A stretch of 64,000 bases of DNA from assembly GCA_965649765.1 (NCBI GenBank), contig OZ287754.1, positions 65,720,001 to 65,784,000 on the forward strand. The letters are read 5' to 3'. Position numbers and translations under genes: made by a program. Below, one piece after another: positions 25,517-40,400 of this stretch. The notes below the pieces were generated by a model. That model saw only the letters and a program-made list of their open reading frames with translations, was not told the DNA's origin and ran no database searches. Source of the stretch: Bispira polyomma (lineage: Eukaryota). How positions within the stretch are numbered: position 1 is the stretch's first letter; each line of letters starts with the position of its first letter.

Positions 25517-26845
25517 GGTATGCCTACTGCCTTAGTACTGCTGGATCTGTCAGCAGCCTTTGATACTATTGATCACAAAGTTCTTCTTGAGTGCCTATCG
25601 TCTTGGTTCGGTATCAGCGGTATGGCGCTTAAGTGGTTCACGGCATATTTATCTGATAGATTCCAATCAGTCAAAATTGGCAATATCTTATCCGACCCAA
25701 CATGGTTAAAATTTGGTGTTCCCCAAGGTTCCGTCCTGGGTCCCATTTTGTTTTCCATGTACACCACTCCACTCAGCAAGAATATTGCTGCATACAAAAA
25801 CATAAACTTTCACTTCTATGCTGATGATACCCAACTGTACCTCCACCTTACACCTGACTCTGCCCAAGTAGCTTTCACTTCCTTACAGAACTGCCTTGTT
25901 GATGTACAACACTGGATGGCAGCAAATAAACTCAAGCTGAACCCTGAGAAGACTGAGTTTATTTTGTTTGGCTCCAAGTCGCAACGGGAAAAATTGTCCA
26001 GCTGTTTTCCACTTGACATTCTTGGCAGCAGGTTTTCTCTAGCTGACAAAGTACGAAACCTGGGTGTGGTGTTCGACTCTGAATTCTCCTTCTCTAACCA
26101 TGTCGCATCGGTGTGTAGATCATGTTTTGTTGGGCTCCATGATTTCAGGCGGATTCGACGCTATCTTTCCAAATCCACTGCAATCACTGTTGCCAATGCT
26201 TTGGTCAGCAGCAGGCTTGATTACTGCAACTCTCTGTTCCGTTCCTTATCTCGTAGTGATCTCAGACGCCTTCAGAATATCCAACACTCATTGGCACGTA
26301 TTATGACCAAAACAGCTATATTTTCCCACATTACTCCTGTACTCAAGTCACTGCACTGGCTCCCACTAAAATATTGTATTGCTTTCAAAACAGCAACAAT
26401 AATATATAAATTTCTAAATTCTGGATTACCCACTTATTTTAGCCCCCATCTATCCAAATATAAATGCTCAGTCAGGACAAGGCGCAGTAACCCTGATAAA
26501 TTATACCTTAACATTCCCACTTTCGACCCTCGCATCCACAAATCCAAAGTTCAGTTCAATCACTGCCTAGCTCATGATGGCCCACTCATTTGGAACAGCC
26601 TACCTGATCATGTTCGCCTGGCTCAAACTTTCTCCTCTTTCAGGAGTAAGCTGAAGGCCTATCTTTTTGAACAGGCTTTTCCACCTTAGCCGTCGCAACC
26701 ATTTATGGTAGTCTCCCTGGTTACGACTTCCATCCGCCCACTATTTTTTGATTTTCGATTAACGTTTTGGGTTTGTTGCGCCTTAGAATTTGTTGTACAA
26801 AGATTAAGCGCTATAAAAGTACGACTAAATTAGATTAGATTAGAA
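25517..26845 (+). mobile_element. 5'-truncated L2-clade LINE
   Basis: RT ORF, short 3'UTR (gcgccttag...taagcgc) and a (TTAGA)n tail at ~26829-26843. Confidence 0.9.
25520..26689 (+). CDS. L2-type reverse transcriptase, C-terminal 389 aa
   Basis: LLDLSAAFDTIDH, GVPQGSVLGP, FYADDTQLY, LKLNPEKTE, SRLDYCNSL, HITPVLKSLHWLP, LKAYLF. Confidence 0.95.
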   Translation: MPTALVLLDLSAAFDTIDHKVLLECLSSWFGISGMALKWFTAYLSDRFQSVKIGNILSDPTWLKFGVPQGSVLGPILFSMYTTPLSKNIAAYKNINFHFYADDTQLYLHLTPDSAQVAFTSLQNCLVDVQHWMAANKLKLNPEKTEFILFGSKSQREKLSSCFPLDILGSRFSLADKVRNLGVVFDSEFSFSNHVASVCRSCFVGLHDFRRIRRYLSKSTAITVANALVSSRLDYCNSLFRSLSRSDLRRLQNIQHSLARIMTKTAIFSHITPVLKSLHWLPLKYCIAFKTATIIYKFLNSGLPTYFSPHLSKYKCSVRTRRSNPDKLYLNIPTFDPRIHKSKVQFNHCLAHDGPLIWNSLPDHVRLAQTFSSFRSKLKAYLFEQAFPP

Positions 26846-27413
26846 TATGTTATCAGGGGTGTTTATCATACTTGACTGAAGCATAGTGCTCAGCCCTATG
26901 CCCAGTTTCACCGACCTCGATATTTGAAGGCAAAACCGGAAGTGAGGCTGTGTGGTAGAATAGAAGAGTTAATCAATATAGTCGATGACACAACATTTTT
27001 CGAGATTTCTCTGAGGCGATTTGCAGTGTCATGCAATGTAGTGGCACGAATTAAGCAGTCTATCTAACATCTATATATTATTGTATTTATATTTTATTGT
27101 AGGGTTGTATAGTCTGTAATGCCCTTTACACCCAAGTGTCATAGCGTTATCAACCTTATGTTTATATATGGGGACATAATTTGACTTCTATACATAAATA
27201 ACTTTTGTCCTGATTGATACACAATAGTATTAACTGTCAGTACAGACTGAATCGTGCAAATGTATCATAGAACAAAGCTTAAAATATGCCATACACATCC
27301 AATGGTACTTGCTCATTGAAGATTTCAGCATAAAAATTAATCCCTCGATCATCACTAGTACTAAATTGACGTATATACAAGAACTATTGAGTACATTATG
27401 ACACAGGTTAATC

Positions 27414-28730
27414 CCGGTGTAACGCAAAATACTGACTCCCATCAAAATATTGACTCCCCTCTCTGATCTTTAAGGGGAGCCATTATTTGGCAAACAAAAT
27501 TTACACTCTCGCACAATAGGGGATTAAGGGAGTCAAAATATGGCAGCCAAATACACACTCCCCTGTAAAATACTGACTCCCCAGACCTTTTTATCACTGA
27601 TATGCTCTATCAGTGATTGCAATTAGTGTTTGGCTTGGACTTTTGATTATTATTGTGTAGGTTCAGTGTTTAACTTGTGATTAATGTGATCTACTCATCA
27701 GTGGGGAAATGTACAAATTTGTTGTATAGTTATTAAACATGAAAGAAACATTTACATTAATAATATACATGTCAAAAAATAATAGTTAATTAGTTACATT
27801 ACAGTGTGTTTACATCACAATGTCTTTGATAATTGTGACTTATGCTGATGGCATTTGATGTCTTGTCAGTGGCTTTCTCTGTCTCACCATACAAGCTATC
27901 ACACAGGACATAATCCTTTAATTTTATTAGGAGCTGGAACTTAATAGGAAAGAAACCGTAGTTTATTACAGCTAATCACAGTCTAAGCCAGTTACCCTTT
28001 TCAATTAAAAGGTAATCATTTCTATAATGGAAGCCACACTATTATCAATTAAATAGGTAGTCGTAGATGTAGGAAGCCATAGATGTATGTTGATTTGTTT
28101 GATCCAACTGATGTGTGATTAGATAGTTTAACTGGCTTTACCTTTGGTAATCAAGCCCACCCTTTGATGAATGGAATTAAATAGGAAGCCACAGCTCTAC
28201 ATTGATGTTTGATCTAACTGGATGTGTGATAAAATAGCTTAACTTGCATTAGTGTGAGTAATCATTTCCCCAAATAGAAGAGTAATGCTAAATATTACTA
28301 ATAACTCCAATATGTTTAATAAATTAATAATACATAATATATGATAATAGCATTATTTATATTCCTGTTTATGTTTGTTTGTGAAAAGAGAAAGGTCACT
28401 GAATGCTAGATGTATAAAAAATATAGTTTATGTTGCTGTACAGTTTAAATACACAATAGACAAAAGAAAGATCACTGCTATTAATTAAATGTAATTTTAA
28501 TTAGTATGTATATAAAATCTAGTTTTCCCTTTCATTCCAATCTCTTAACAAAAGCCTATATATAATTCCCTGCAAAATAATCCCCAAGCCCCCACCCTAA
28601 TCCTATTATCAATGATTTGCTCCAGGGGAGTCAGTATTTTGCAGGGGAGTCAGAATATAGCAACCCCCCTTGCAAAATACTGACTCCCTAGTGACAAATA
28701 TAGGGGAGTCAGTATCTTGCGCTACACCGG
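27414..28730. mobile_element. non-autonomous DNA transposon with CCGG termini (Mutator-like)
   Basis: TIRs CCGGTGTAACGCAAAATACTGACTCCC / GGGAGTCAGTATCTTGCGCTACACCGG; many AAATACTGACTCCCC subterminal repeats in both orientations; no TSD recognised. Confidence 0.8.
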
Positions 28731-29934
28731 TGTCTTCATGACTAAAAACATGCATATGTTCATTTATATTCACACAGAATTCTACTACCTTCACAAAAAT
28801 TAATTGTGGACATTATTACCTGGTGTCATATCAAATTGTTTTTGTATTGATGGAAAGCTGGGATGCCAGTTTTACTCTCACCTTAGGCTTAATATGATTT
28901 GTATGACCATTTCTTCACTTTGAAAATTCTGGTAGACTTCACTTCACCTAGTTTTATACTAAACTACCATTATTCAAAAATGTATTAGTTCATTACATTA
29001 TATCTTCAAAAAGTAGGTCATACCTTTGGTATGATTGAAAATTTATCATTTAAGTTTATATTTCGTTTCAATGTAGGTAATATTTTTTCAGTCCACTAAC
29101 CTGACATAACATTTTGACTGTGGTATCACCATTTCATTTGTTATCACTTCTGCTACTGTAGCACGTCACAACAATGTCATAATTTCATCATACCAACGTC
29201 ACAACGTTTATGATATAAATGTCCCAGTCAAGGTCGTGACTGTGGCAGAGGAGGTGGATGAGCAATGTAAAATTAAACAGATCTATCTGAAGGCTTCCTT
29301 TGCTAAACTTGACCCTTCGCAGAGTGTTACAACATCAGTACTTCACTTATGAGGTTTCTTGCTCAGGGGACAATCGTCGAGTCAAACTGTGATAACGAGG
29401 CTGTGGTTTCTATTATAAATCGCGGCAACTGACATGAATCTTTCGTAGCTATGTGTGCGAGTAACATATGATTGATTATATTTACCTATTATGTTGAGTT
29501 GGAAGTTACCCAATAATCAAAGTACTGACATTTTGTCAAAACTATTTCAATTTATTACACACATATGTACATTGTCATTTGGTGTTACATGGATTTTTCC
29601 ACACAATTTTTATAACATTATTTTCACCCCAGTAGGCACTCGACGTCTTTTTGATATCAAATTTTAGTCTAAAAATGGACATACCGTCATTTTGACGTCA
29701 TTTTGACATCACAATGTATTGATCATATATTTAGACATCATTAAGACATCATTATAATGTAGACTATCTCACATATATTTAGATGTCATTATGATGTACA
29801 CTATCTGACATATATTTAGATGTCATTATTATGTTATGATATTCCTCATATAAATTCATGTAGAAGAGAATTGTCATTTTTGTAATGGCCCAGCAGGTAC
29901 ACAGATTATGTGGGTCTTAAAGGGGCAGCATATA

Positions 29935-30463
29935 TATACTTACAGAATATAAGCTGTTTGGGAGGGCAAAACTGGCAAATATGCACCGAGGTCACGACAA
30001 TATGGCTTGAGGGCCGTCAGGCCTGAAAGCCATGTTGGGCTGACCAAGGGTTTATTATACCGAAGAATTTTTAAGTTTTTGAATAAAGATAGTCTTTCAA
30101 TAAGGAATTTTGGTCCCGACGTCTATTTTCGTGAAGCTCCGAGGTTTAGTAGCGCCCCTAACTCCCATGACGAGTATATCAACAATTTAACCACGGTGGA
30201 ATAAGACACCGGTGTATCAAGAATGTTTAACAGCAAATTCAAAATAATGTATCTATATTTGTTTAATTGTGTGTTAAACTATAAATTTTTAATATCCCTT
30301 CTATGAAAACACAAATAACTGCCAATGGTGCTTGCTAAACTTTACAAGTGATATGGCCCGCTGCAATGATATGGCCCCAACTCCCGGGCAATATCGGGAA
30401 ATATGGTATGTCATGTGATTGCATTTTAACCAATAGGATCGCTAGATTCGCCGTCGAGGTAAA

Positions 30464-30470
<7 letters not shown>
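29935..30470. mobile_element. non-autonomous element flanked by (TA)n, possibly Crypton-like
   Basis: Hairpin gagggccgtcaggcctga, repeated gatatggccc motifs and TA microsatellite flanks; family assignment is inference. Confidence 0.4.
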
Positions 30471-30499
<29 letters not shown>

Positions 30500-31543
30500 G
30501 GGCGTAGCTACCATTAACACCAGTACGCCCAGGCGTACCAATTTAATACCCCCCCCCCCCCCCACCCCACCCCCACCCCACCCCCACGAATTGAATTTTA
30601 GGTAAGACAAAAAAAATAACCTAATAATATATTGGTTTAATTTTGGAGTACCAGATGACAAATCATGACTACTCCCCTGATATATATATATATATATATG
30701 GGTCCCACAAATATGGAATGCATGAACATGAATTTAAAAAAATTATCCAAAGCACAATTAACAGCTTAATTATTCAGTCATTGACAACCATACGTTATAC
30801 TATATTATATTAGCTATATATCAGACATATTTCTTACACATTTTGTCCACCTGAAATGTATGCACCACTTTAGTAAGGCTAAGGGTGGAAGGGTAAAGGC
30901 AGTTGCTAAAATATACTGCCTGCAGTTGCTGTAAGTTTACTTCCATATTATGTTTCCTGTATTTCTTCTAATGTTAATTCATGCAGTCTATTTTTATCTT
31001 GTCTGTATGAGCGTAGAACTCCCCAAATATACAATATTGAGTGATCTATTAACAAATGATCAGCCAATTATTTTTTTTCTGTATGCATCATAAAAACTGA
31101 TGAAATCCACAGAAATTAACAGTGATTATTTATAATGAGGGGATGTTCACAAAGGATCAACCAATATTATAACGTTCAATGTTTACCCTACAAGTGTTAT
31201 AGAACATTAGAACTATTTCATATTGTTGAATATTACTTTAGTGGTAATTCGTTGTATGTGGGTTAATGGATTCAGGTCTACTATTTGTGTTTATACACAA
31301 TTATTACAACTCAATTATACAACCTGGTGTGTGTGTCTGTTTTGTTCTATTAACTCACATTTACAAGCTTTCTTTAAAGATATTATATTATATTGGCATT
31401 AATGTGTTTTTCTTTAATTTTAATTTGTTATGTCAACAATTATGACTGATTATTTTGTAAATATCATATCATACTAACATATTGCTCTTGTAATACATAT
31501 ATTGGAATAAAGCAAGAAATACAAACACCAATCCTGCTAGATT

Positions 31544-31790
31544 AGTAATGGTGTTAAACAAGGTGGGATCATTTCTCCTGTTCTGTTCACTGTATGTATG
31601 GATGAATTGTTTTTACAGCTTGGGAAGCATCAACTAGGTTGTTATATAGTAATTTGTTCTTTGGGGCACTTGGGTATGCTGATGATGCTAATGTTAATTC
31701 TCTGAGAAACCTACTTAACATTTGTGATGAATTTGGTGCTAAATTTAATGTATTATTTAATCCGTGTAAATAATACCAACTCCTGCATTA
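31544..31790 (+). pseudogene. degenerate non-LTR reverse transcriptase fragment
   Basis: Manual translation: SNGVKQGGIISPVLFTVCMDELF...(frameshift)...FFGALGYADD...LLNICDEFGAKFNVLFNP. Confidence 0.8.
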
Positions 31791-32302
31791 TGATACTGAT
31801 GAAAAAACCCATAGAGAGTTTTGTACAAAATAATAAAATCATTAAATGTAACTCTATTACTATGGCCAGATTATTAGTCAATTGGAGCAAATGTGTGAGA
31901 AAGTTATTCAATACTTCCAAAATGACATTCAGTAAATATCTTTCATTAATCTGTGATGATATACCAGTAGAGTTACAGCTTTTTCAGTGATGGTGTAAAT
32001 TCATTCATTGTTCATGGCAGAGTGAGAATAGTTTGCACATATATGTATATGTATACATATATGTATCAAATTAGCAATTAATGGGAGTAGTTCTAGTGTA
32101 TGTAACAATATCAATACTATCACTCAACTCTTGTCTTGTAATAAAGGTTCATTTATAAAAAATCCTAGTTATATCTTAAAAGCATTGTGGATGTGTATTT
32201 AGATATTTTGTATACTAGTCATAATACAATTGATGCAGTTATCATTAAACATAAGTTATATTTAACAGATACAAAAAAACAGTACGTTCTCTCAAGAAGA
32301 GA

Positions 32303-32557
32303 GGGGTCGGAGTGGCCTAGTGGTTAGCAAGCATTGCACTTCACAATCACTGGTCTCTCACCTCTGGGCGGCGTGAGTTCGAATCCCGTTGATGCCTATG
32401 TGGGAAAGGTGGTAGTTCCTTACTGTGGGCCGCTGGTTTCAATGCAGAACCTTGATTAACTGTATGCAGTGTTTCCTCCAGTGTTTCCAACTGCCCGTCC
32501 TAATATAACCTAAACAGGTACTAGAGTGGACGTTAAATATCTCAATTCAAATTCAAA
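32303..32557 (+). mobile_element. tRNA-derived SINE, family A copy 2
   Basis: A and B boxes (TGGCCTAGTGG, GTTCGAATC); 14-bp TSD CTCTCAAGAAGAGA (32289-32302 and 32558-32571). Confidence 0.92.
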
Positions 32558-33587
32558 CTCTCAAGAAGAGAATAAATATTTGTTATCAAATATTTGTGTC
32601 ACTTTAATTCACACACAACTCTCACAACCAGAAATTCCTTGTCAGGATCCCTTCTTACTTAAGATTGTGATCTCTCCTCTCTAATCGATCTGCTCTCTAC
32701 TTGCTATATGATCACAGCTAATATAATGTTCATTCCTTTGGTACCTTGTGCTAAATATAATTGCAGTAGTTTTTTTATTACTATATGTTCCCCTGGTAAA
32801 TCTAATGAGTTACCTTCTAAGCAGTAGCCTTTTTGGGACTGTTATATGTGTTAAGACTCAATTTTATTATTTTCTAATTTTAGTTGATAGGCTTGCAATA
32901 CCCATATGTATCCACATTTTTTCTCAGCACCAACCTACAAGCAAATAGGACTCTTTGTACAGCAGGAGGTCTATTAAACAAGCCAACATAATCACTAGAT
33001 TCTGATACAGTGGACAAAATTGTTTATTTGAATAAAAATTGTGTAGAAGTTGTGAAGTAACAAATTTAGATTTTTTTCAAAATTATTAAGAAAATGATAC
33101 TTCCGAAATCTCATTCATCTATATATATATCTTAATAATTTTTTTCACAAAATTCAAACTCTGTAGCACCCACCTGGTGTTGCTGTTGCCTTTTAAATCC
33201 TGACAACCTGGGCCATTTTAATCACAGTATGTGTAGGATAATTATTGAGCACTGATTTTTCTTCTTGCTTTTTAATTGAGTAATAAGACTTAAGTTATAG
33301 ATGAACTTGTCTCTTTGACTGTAAGGGAGTACTCTGGCACAAATCCTATTAACTAATACCCTTTATTTGATGATCACAATTAATCAAGTGGTTTGTGGGA
33401 GGGGTAATGACATCATGTAGCTGTACTTTGCTGTTTAAATGTATAAATATTAAGACAAGTCTTGGCAGTGCTGATAAAAAAACAATATGATGAAATAAAC
33501 CAGCTAATTTTTAGCAGCTAATTTTTGTGTACTTCGTTTTTTTTAATCTATACAATTGTCTTCTAGTAGATTGTAGTTTTTATATAC

Positions 33588-34197
33588 TCGAGTGACCTAT
33601 TTTCATGGGCATAAGAGTAAGCTACTTAAACATGACACAAACTGGAACTTTGCAGCACAAAAATCCATTAAAGTCTTTGGAATAGTATTTTTTATGATCT
33701 ATCTAATATATTTGTACATAATCAGAGCTAAAAATTAAGTAATCTCAGTACTTTTAACTTTTTAAAATTTAGCTTCAATAAATTACATTTTTAAACAGCC
33801 TCAAACAGAGGGTCCTATTTTCATGGGCATTTGTAATAAGAGACGTAAATATTATTTTAATAAGTACCTTACCACTCTGATATTTTCAATGAAATCAAGT
33901 TTGAGATCTAACATTTTTAAGATAAAAACCCCATCAAAAATAAACTATTTAACATGATTAAAAATAGATGTTTAACAAGCCCAAAAATAAACTGGTTTTA
34001 GTCACATTATTAACTTAATTTCATTTTTTATTAATATACTGATACAAGAACCATTTTTAATTGTTAAAATGCAAACATTACTGTTGTATGAGGACATTTT
34101 ACATACACACTCCACTTTGACACAGATCACTAGCTTATCAGTATTAGAAACACTTATCCACGAAAATAGGACACCCACGAAAATAGGTCACCAGGCG
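33588..34197. mobile_element. MITE
   Basis: gtgacctattttcatggg at the left end is inverted as cccacgaaataggtcac at the right end, with internal copies of the motif. Confidence 0.55.
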
Positions 34198-36290
34198 AGA
34201 CATTTAAGTGAAACCATTTGTATTTAGTTTTCATGTATATACTAAAATATAGGGCAATTGAGAAGGCGGACAATATTGTCTTTTTTGTATGCTGCATCTT
34301 GAGGTGAGCATTGACTGTACTTTTCAATTAATTTGCAACAATCTCTAAAAAAAGTATTAAAAGATGGACGACTTTCACACAACTTTAAAACAAACGTAGT
34401 GAAGATTAATTAAACACACAACATGATAAACAGTAATTTTATTTAAAATTTTTCTAAAAATACTGAAGTACAAAATAAATTAATTAATTGAAATTAAATT
34501 ATTACTATATAGCATACTTGATAGATTAGGTATATTTGATTGTGTTTGATGTAATATGTCATTTTCATTTGCAAAAACGTAACTAATAATATAGCTCAGC
34601 TATATACGTGAACCACAATGTACTCATGCACATTTTCCTTTATATGACAGATATCATGACAAATATGTATGAGTGCATTTGCCATATAAACACTCAGAAC
34701 CAGTGTTTAACTTTATTGATTTTTTAAAAGCTATCACCCTCTATGTATGTATATGTAATAGAAGAGGTAGGGGGGAGGTGTGATATTCATATTAATATAC
34801 TAGCCAGTCACACACATTTACTCACGTATATACAGCCATCTATATAAACACCTAACATGTACATGCATAATTACATTCACACAGGCAGCCATTAAGTCAG
34901 TGTTAAACATTATAATCAACAGTTACTTAACTTTCAGATATAATAATCAATGCCAAATTTTAAAGGGCATATACAATTGGCCATATTCTGTGCTAGTGTA
35001 ATTGGATTATTTGTACAACAATTAGTTTAGTCAATTGATTTTGGTAACAGATTAAGAATCAAAGACAAAATTGTAATGCTGATCTTGTTTAAACAATTCT
35101 ATGTGCTATTAAAATAGGATTAATTATTTGAACAAGTAGTTTGGGGAAATAAAGGGGAGGGAGAAGTGCGATCTTGATATTAATGTCCTTGGGTGTGATG
35201 TTTTTAGAAATTAGAATGAAGGGGTAGGGGTCTTCTCTGCCCTATAAAATTGAATATGTGCCCAATATCATGTTTTCTATAAATATCTTCACTCGTTAGA
35301 CATACAAGTACAATTTAGAGACATGTATTATGAAAAAAGTCATACTGTTTTCATATAATGCTTAAGGCTTTCCATTAGGGCTTAAAGTCAATGTTTTAAT
35401 TCACATTTTCTACTTAATGGTTTGTGAAAATGAGTGCGATATGAAGGTGAGATGGGTAATAAGGGTGCGATGTTTTTCCATTCACTCTGAGGTTATATAT
35501 TAATACAATATCTGTACACAATATTATAACCTATGGGCAACTTAAATGTACCAAAAGCAATATACGTGAACCACAATGTACTCATGCCCATCTCTCACCA
35601 AAAATAGCACATTGGCCAAACAATCATGGGTATGCAATGAATGTAGAGATTAATGTTTTGATTCAATATCTTGTAATATATTTAATATATACCATGAATT
35701 AATACTGTGTACTTAATATTTATAACCTGTGATATATTTATCTTACTATATTCATTATTTGTTGATTATTAGATTATACTTAATGCTTTAATTTAACATC
35801 TTGTAACATATAAAACATATACTATAAATTAATACTAGCTTAATAAAAGTGGTCTTCACATTGATTAATTTTCGTTACCCTAACGACCAATCACATTGAT
35901 TGGTTTTTGTTTATTCCCATAACCACCAATCTGATGCAATGTATATTTTTCACACAAATTGCCCCTCCGTTCTTAACCAATCAGATGTTCATATGTAGGT
36001 CCTCATATGTACTTATTAAACAGAAGGGGCGCGAAGGGAGGTGCTATGGGAGGTGCGATATTCGTTTCCATTCCAATTCCAGCTTTTAGTACCCACCGAT
36101 ATTCAGTACTCAGTACACCTGGGATAAATACTTGCTGTGAATGATTTTTGTTTCATTTGGGTTTTATATATGTATACATATACATGTAATTTTAGTGATG
36201 TTTTAGCTAATCTATTTGAGCCTTGTAAGAGGTAATCATATTAATTTTGTAATTTAGTATCCTTGCGTTAATGGTTATAGACGGTATATA

Positions 36291-36515
36291 TACGGGCGGT
36301 CACAATACCGGTCGGTCACAATAGCGTTCGACGCTCATTTGAATGCTTAAAACGTAGATTTATTTATAATAAAATAAAGTATTCTGTACTTTAATTTATA
36401 GACATGAAGTAGCATGTGTTTTCAATATTAATTTCCGTCGGTAAAGTATTTAAAACTGCAACGGACGGTATTGTGACCCAACCGGTATTGTGACTCCCCC
36501 CCCCCCTCCCCTGTA
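36291..36515. mobile_element. MITE
   Basis: gtcacaataccggtcggtcacaata / tattgtgacccaaccggtattgtgac inverted; partial opposite-orientation copy at ~8217-8325. Confidence 0.65.
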
Positions 36516-36950
36516 CTTAAAAACTAGAGGGGTGCGGTGGTGATGTTAATCACTGCACCTCTGGCATATTTCACTACTGCACACATATATACAGTCCTCC
36601 GTGACTAAAGGATCAAAGGACGTTCTGAACCTATTTGGCATGACTCCAGTATAAACAGCTATCTACACAAAAGTCTGGTATATATATTGTACATATCTAT
36701 TTATAACTGATGCACGGCAGACCTTGGGTATACACAGACCTTGTTCCCAACTAATGGGTTCTGGGATCAATATAAAGAGAAAGAGGTTGCTGATCTCACG
36801 CCCTCTCATTAGAAAATAATTAACCAATCACGATACTATCTATATTGAGGGGTCTTCTCAAAAATTTATTTTTGTATAGTTCAATAGTGTTACTTTATTA
36901 GTGGGCGGGATCTGAATGATTTATTATCCAATTGTTGCTTAGTATCAATT

Positions 36951-37057
36951 CAGGGGCCGTATTCACGAAAGGACTTAGCCAGATCTTAGGCTTAAATCAG
37001 TATACTTTTGTGCTAGATTTAAGACCTGGCTATGTCCTTTCGTGAATACGGGCCCTG
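36951..37057. mobile_element. ~107-bp palindromic Harbinger-like MITE
   Basis: ccgtattcacgaaaggac / gtcctttcgtgaatacgg inverted arms. Confidence 0.75.
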
Positions 37058-37474
37058 GTCTCAAGTAGATATGTAGGTATATATAAATAGCCATAACAAG
37101 TGTGTACACGAGGAGAGGGGGGGGGGGGGGGGTGATTCTGTGTGCTGCATATGTAGACCAATTTCACTTGTCATTTATACAGGCGGCAATACAATCAGTT
37201 GTGATGTGTTGTAATCAACAATTACTTAAAGGTCAAAAGAAATGGTGTCCCAAAATCTTTAGGTTTTCTGTCTCATAATGTACTAAAACACCCTTAAATA
37301 TCAGGCATATACTTCCAGTATACAAAACTACAGTATATCAGCCTTAAATTTACTTTCAAAGAAAAAACACGAATCCCTCTCGGTAACGCCATTGTTTGTT
37401 TACTTTTGACGAGGGTTGATTGATGACGTCAGTGGAGCCAAATATCAAACGTAATAAAATCTGCAACTGTAAGT

Positions 37475-40400
37475 ATGGCTTCTGGCAGTGAAAGCGATTG
37501 TGAAAATTTAGCTTTTGTAATGAAGAAAGAAGATCCTGTTCCATATATTTACGAACCACCAGCAGGACTTCTAGTGGGTGAAGAGAGTTCATCCAGTGAA
37601 AGTGAAGGAGAACCTCAGAGATCAGAGAGTGCCGCCAATGTTGATCCTGCTGCTTGGTTTGTATTTCTGTCAGTTATTATCTCTCTGAATTTTGTCAGGT
37701 TTTAAATCACTCTATTACACACACACACACTGCTGGTAAACCCAGTCACTTTCCACGCACACATATATACAGACTCCATATATACTGCTGTTTTCTTTCC
37801 CTGATATGGCAGGTTGGGGGGAGAGGGGGGGGGGGGGTCAGGTCTTTTTTGTGTGAAAAAAAAAACACTTCTCATGCAGATCACAATTTTGTGTGTGTGT
37901 ACTTGAGGTTAGTTAGCCCTTCCTTGGATCAAATTTATTGCAACACAGACCACACTATTTTGTGGGAGGAATTGGGGATTTGAATATCATCTTTTTATCA
38001 ACTGTTTATTTTTTTTATTACAGCAAAATAATCCATGGAATATATTACATGAATGGGAATATGTCAAATCAACATCAAGTGTGCACACAAATTAGCCTCT
38101 TGTCCAAGCGGATATATACTTTGCATATTGGCCTCCTTAGGACAACCTATATATTTTTTCTCATTGTAAGACATAGATATAACCCTCCCCATAAAGTAAC
38201 TCATGTACATTTGTGAAGGGATATCTTATAGATCAGGCTAGGCAGTCTGTGGAAAAAAGTGGAAAGCACTGAGACTTGAACAGTGTTGGGTTACAGTGCC
38301 CCCCTCAGAGACACACTCCATTGTTATGAATTCATCATCCTTCACTGAGTTAGTCTTTGTACACATGTATGCAGCCTCCAAAAATAGATTGACTTGCTTT
38401 TAGTCCAACATTACATAGAACTACCTATATGTGTATCTGTATTTTAAAATTTCTGATAGAGTCTTTACAATTAGTTAGGCAAGGTTAAATAAAAAACCTT
38501 TTTGTATGTTGCTATATTTACACCAAAATACACCAATGCTTAAATTATTGAGTTTTAGAAACCAAAAAGTTTACTTTTCTCAATAGAAGTAAAAAGCTTG
38601 AACTAAAAGATCAACAGATCAAGAATATTATATAAAGTCATTTGATAGTGTTGTCATAAAATACATTTACCTGGAGAAGTAACAAGTAAAACTGAGAATT
38701 ATCTCATTAGATATATAGATTTAACTGTTTTCTTTTCTGCACAGTGTGTAAATCTGGTATGTTATACAAGTGTCATTTTATGGCCAGTTCACATATTGGC
38801 AGTATGGTAGGCAGTAGCAGGATGTATTGTAACTTGTCTTTTTGCCTGTCCAACTTCTCCAGCTAATTGTCGGGACAGAAGAGTTACAATAGTGATACGG
38901 AAATAGTTAGAAACAAGCTGAACAATTATGCATCAGTGAGGCATAAGTTTGAACATGTCCAAAACTTACATCTTGCATGGCCAACTGTTGAAGATTTGGG
39001 AAGGAAGCTGCTATAAAGGAAGTAAAAGATAGGGTTCTCCACACTACAAGGTGATTTACATGTCTCTTACTGTGTTTCCATACCGTCACAGTGTGAACCG
39101 TACATAAGTATGTGTCGCTACATTAGGAAGTGTTGATCACTGGTTCTCCAAAAATTTGTTCAAGGATTGTGACTTCATGACTTGACTTAAGTGTAGACAT
39201 GATCTAGTTGACTACATTTCATTTGTGTACTGGAATTTCTTTAAAAAAATTTTTTTTTCCTTAAACATAATTAAATAGTACTGATTGGCCCTTATGAAAT
39301 AATTATAGATATATATTAGATCACTTTAACCAATACATATTTGATTTAAATACCTACTTAAACACTAATTTATGTTTTACAAGTTATAACTCAACTGTAC
39401 CAGTATTGTATACACTCCTAACTTGTACAGGACACATATACATGTATATTGCAAAAACAAATCAAACCCAGCTCACTGTAACAGTGAAACCTGATCATTA
39501 ACAAGTGTGAATACCATGAAAGCAGGATGTAAAGTGAAGCCAGCTAGTGGAATGTTATCTCCTGTAGTTCCAGAGTGACATGATTGATGTCAGTTAGAAC
39601 TACCTCTTTAGACTACTGTAAGCTATAAAGACTACTCTTTCAGTTGAAAAGTACAATGCCTCAATTTGAAAGTGTATATAGTATATTCTTGAGGAAATAG
39701 GTTATGATGTCAAAGCTTTGGTACACTGCAGGCTCATCAATGTAAATTATCCAGACAGGTGTTGATAGATCTGTTTTTTTTTTGTTTTTTTTTTCATAAA
39801 CAATATTTTATTGGAACAAAACAATCAGGCAAAATCAAAAAGATTATTATAAAGCCTTCTCGCAGGAAGATATATATACAAAAGATACAAAATAGAAAAA
39901 TAACATAGAATGACGAATGAAAAGATGAGAAGGTGTGTGGGCACTGTAGCGATCAAAAACTATGAAACCAGTTTGTTTCCCTTAAAAATTCTTGAACTGT
40001 TCGAAATATTTTCTGGTTTTGTTCAAATGTCAAGTCAAGGCTACCAAATAATAGAGTTTCACTTGTAACAGCAGGAATATCATATAATTTAGCTAACATT
40101 AACTGTCTCGGTATGGCATAGTTTATACAATCTAAAAGGAAATGTGTATTATTTTCATCAGATAGGCCACAGTCACAAGTGCAATTGCTCAAGACATGTA
40201 AATATTTTGTGAGGTGTTCCTTAAGAGGGCTACAGTTCATGCGCATTCTAGCATGAATTGCATTCCAGTACCGTTCACCTTCAACAAACAATTTTTTATG
40301 GAATTTAACTAGTTTTTCATTACACTTAAATTGTCGTTTGCGTAATATGTATTTGAATGTAGAGAGAGTTGTTGCATATTTGAGTGAGTTGTCAAGTTCA

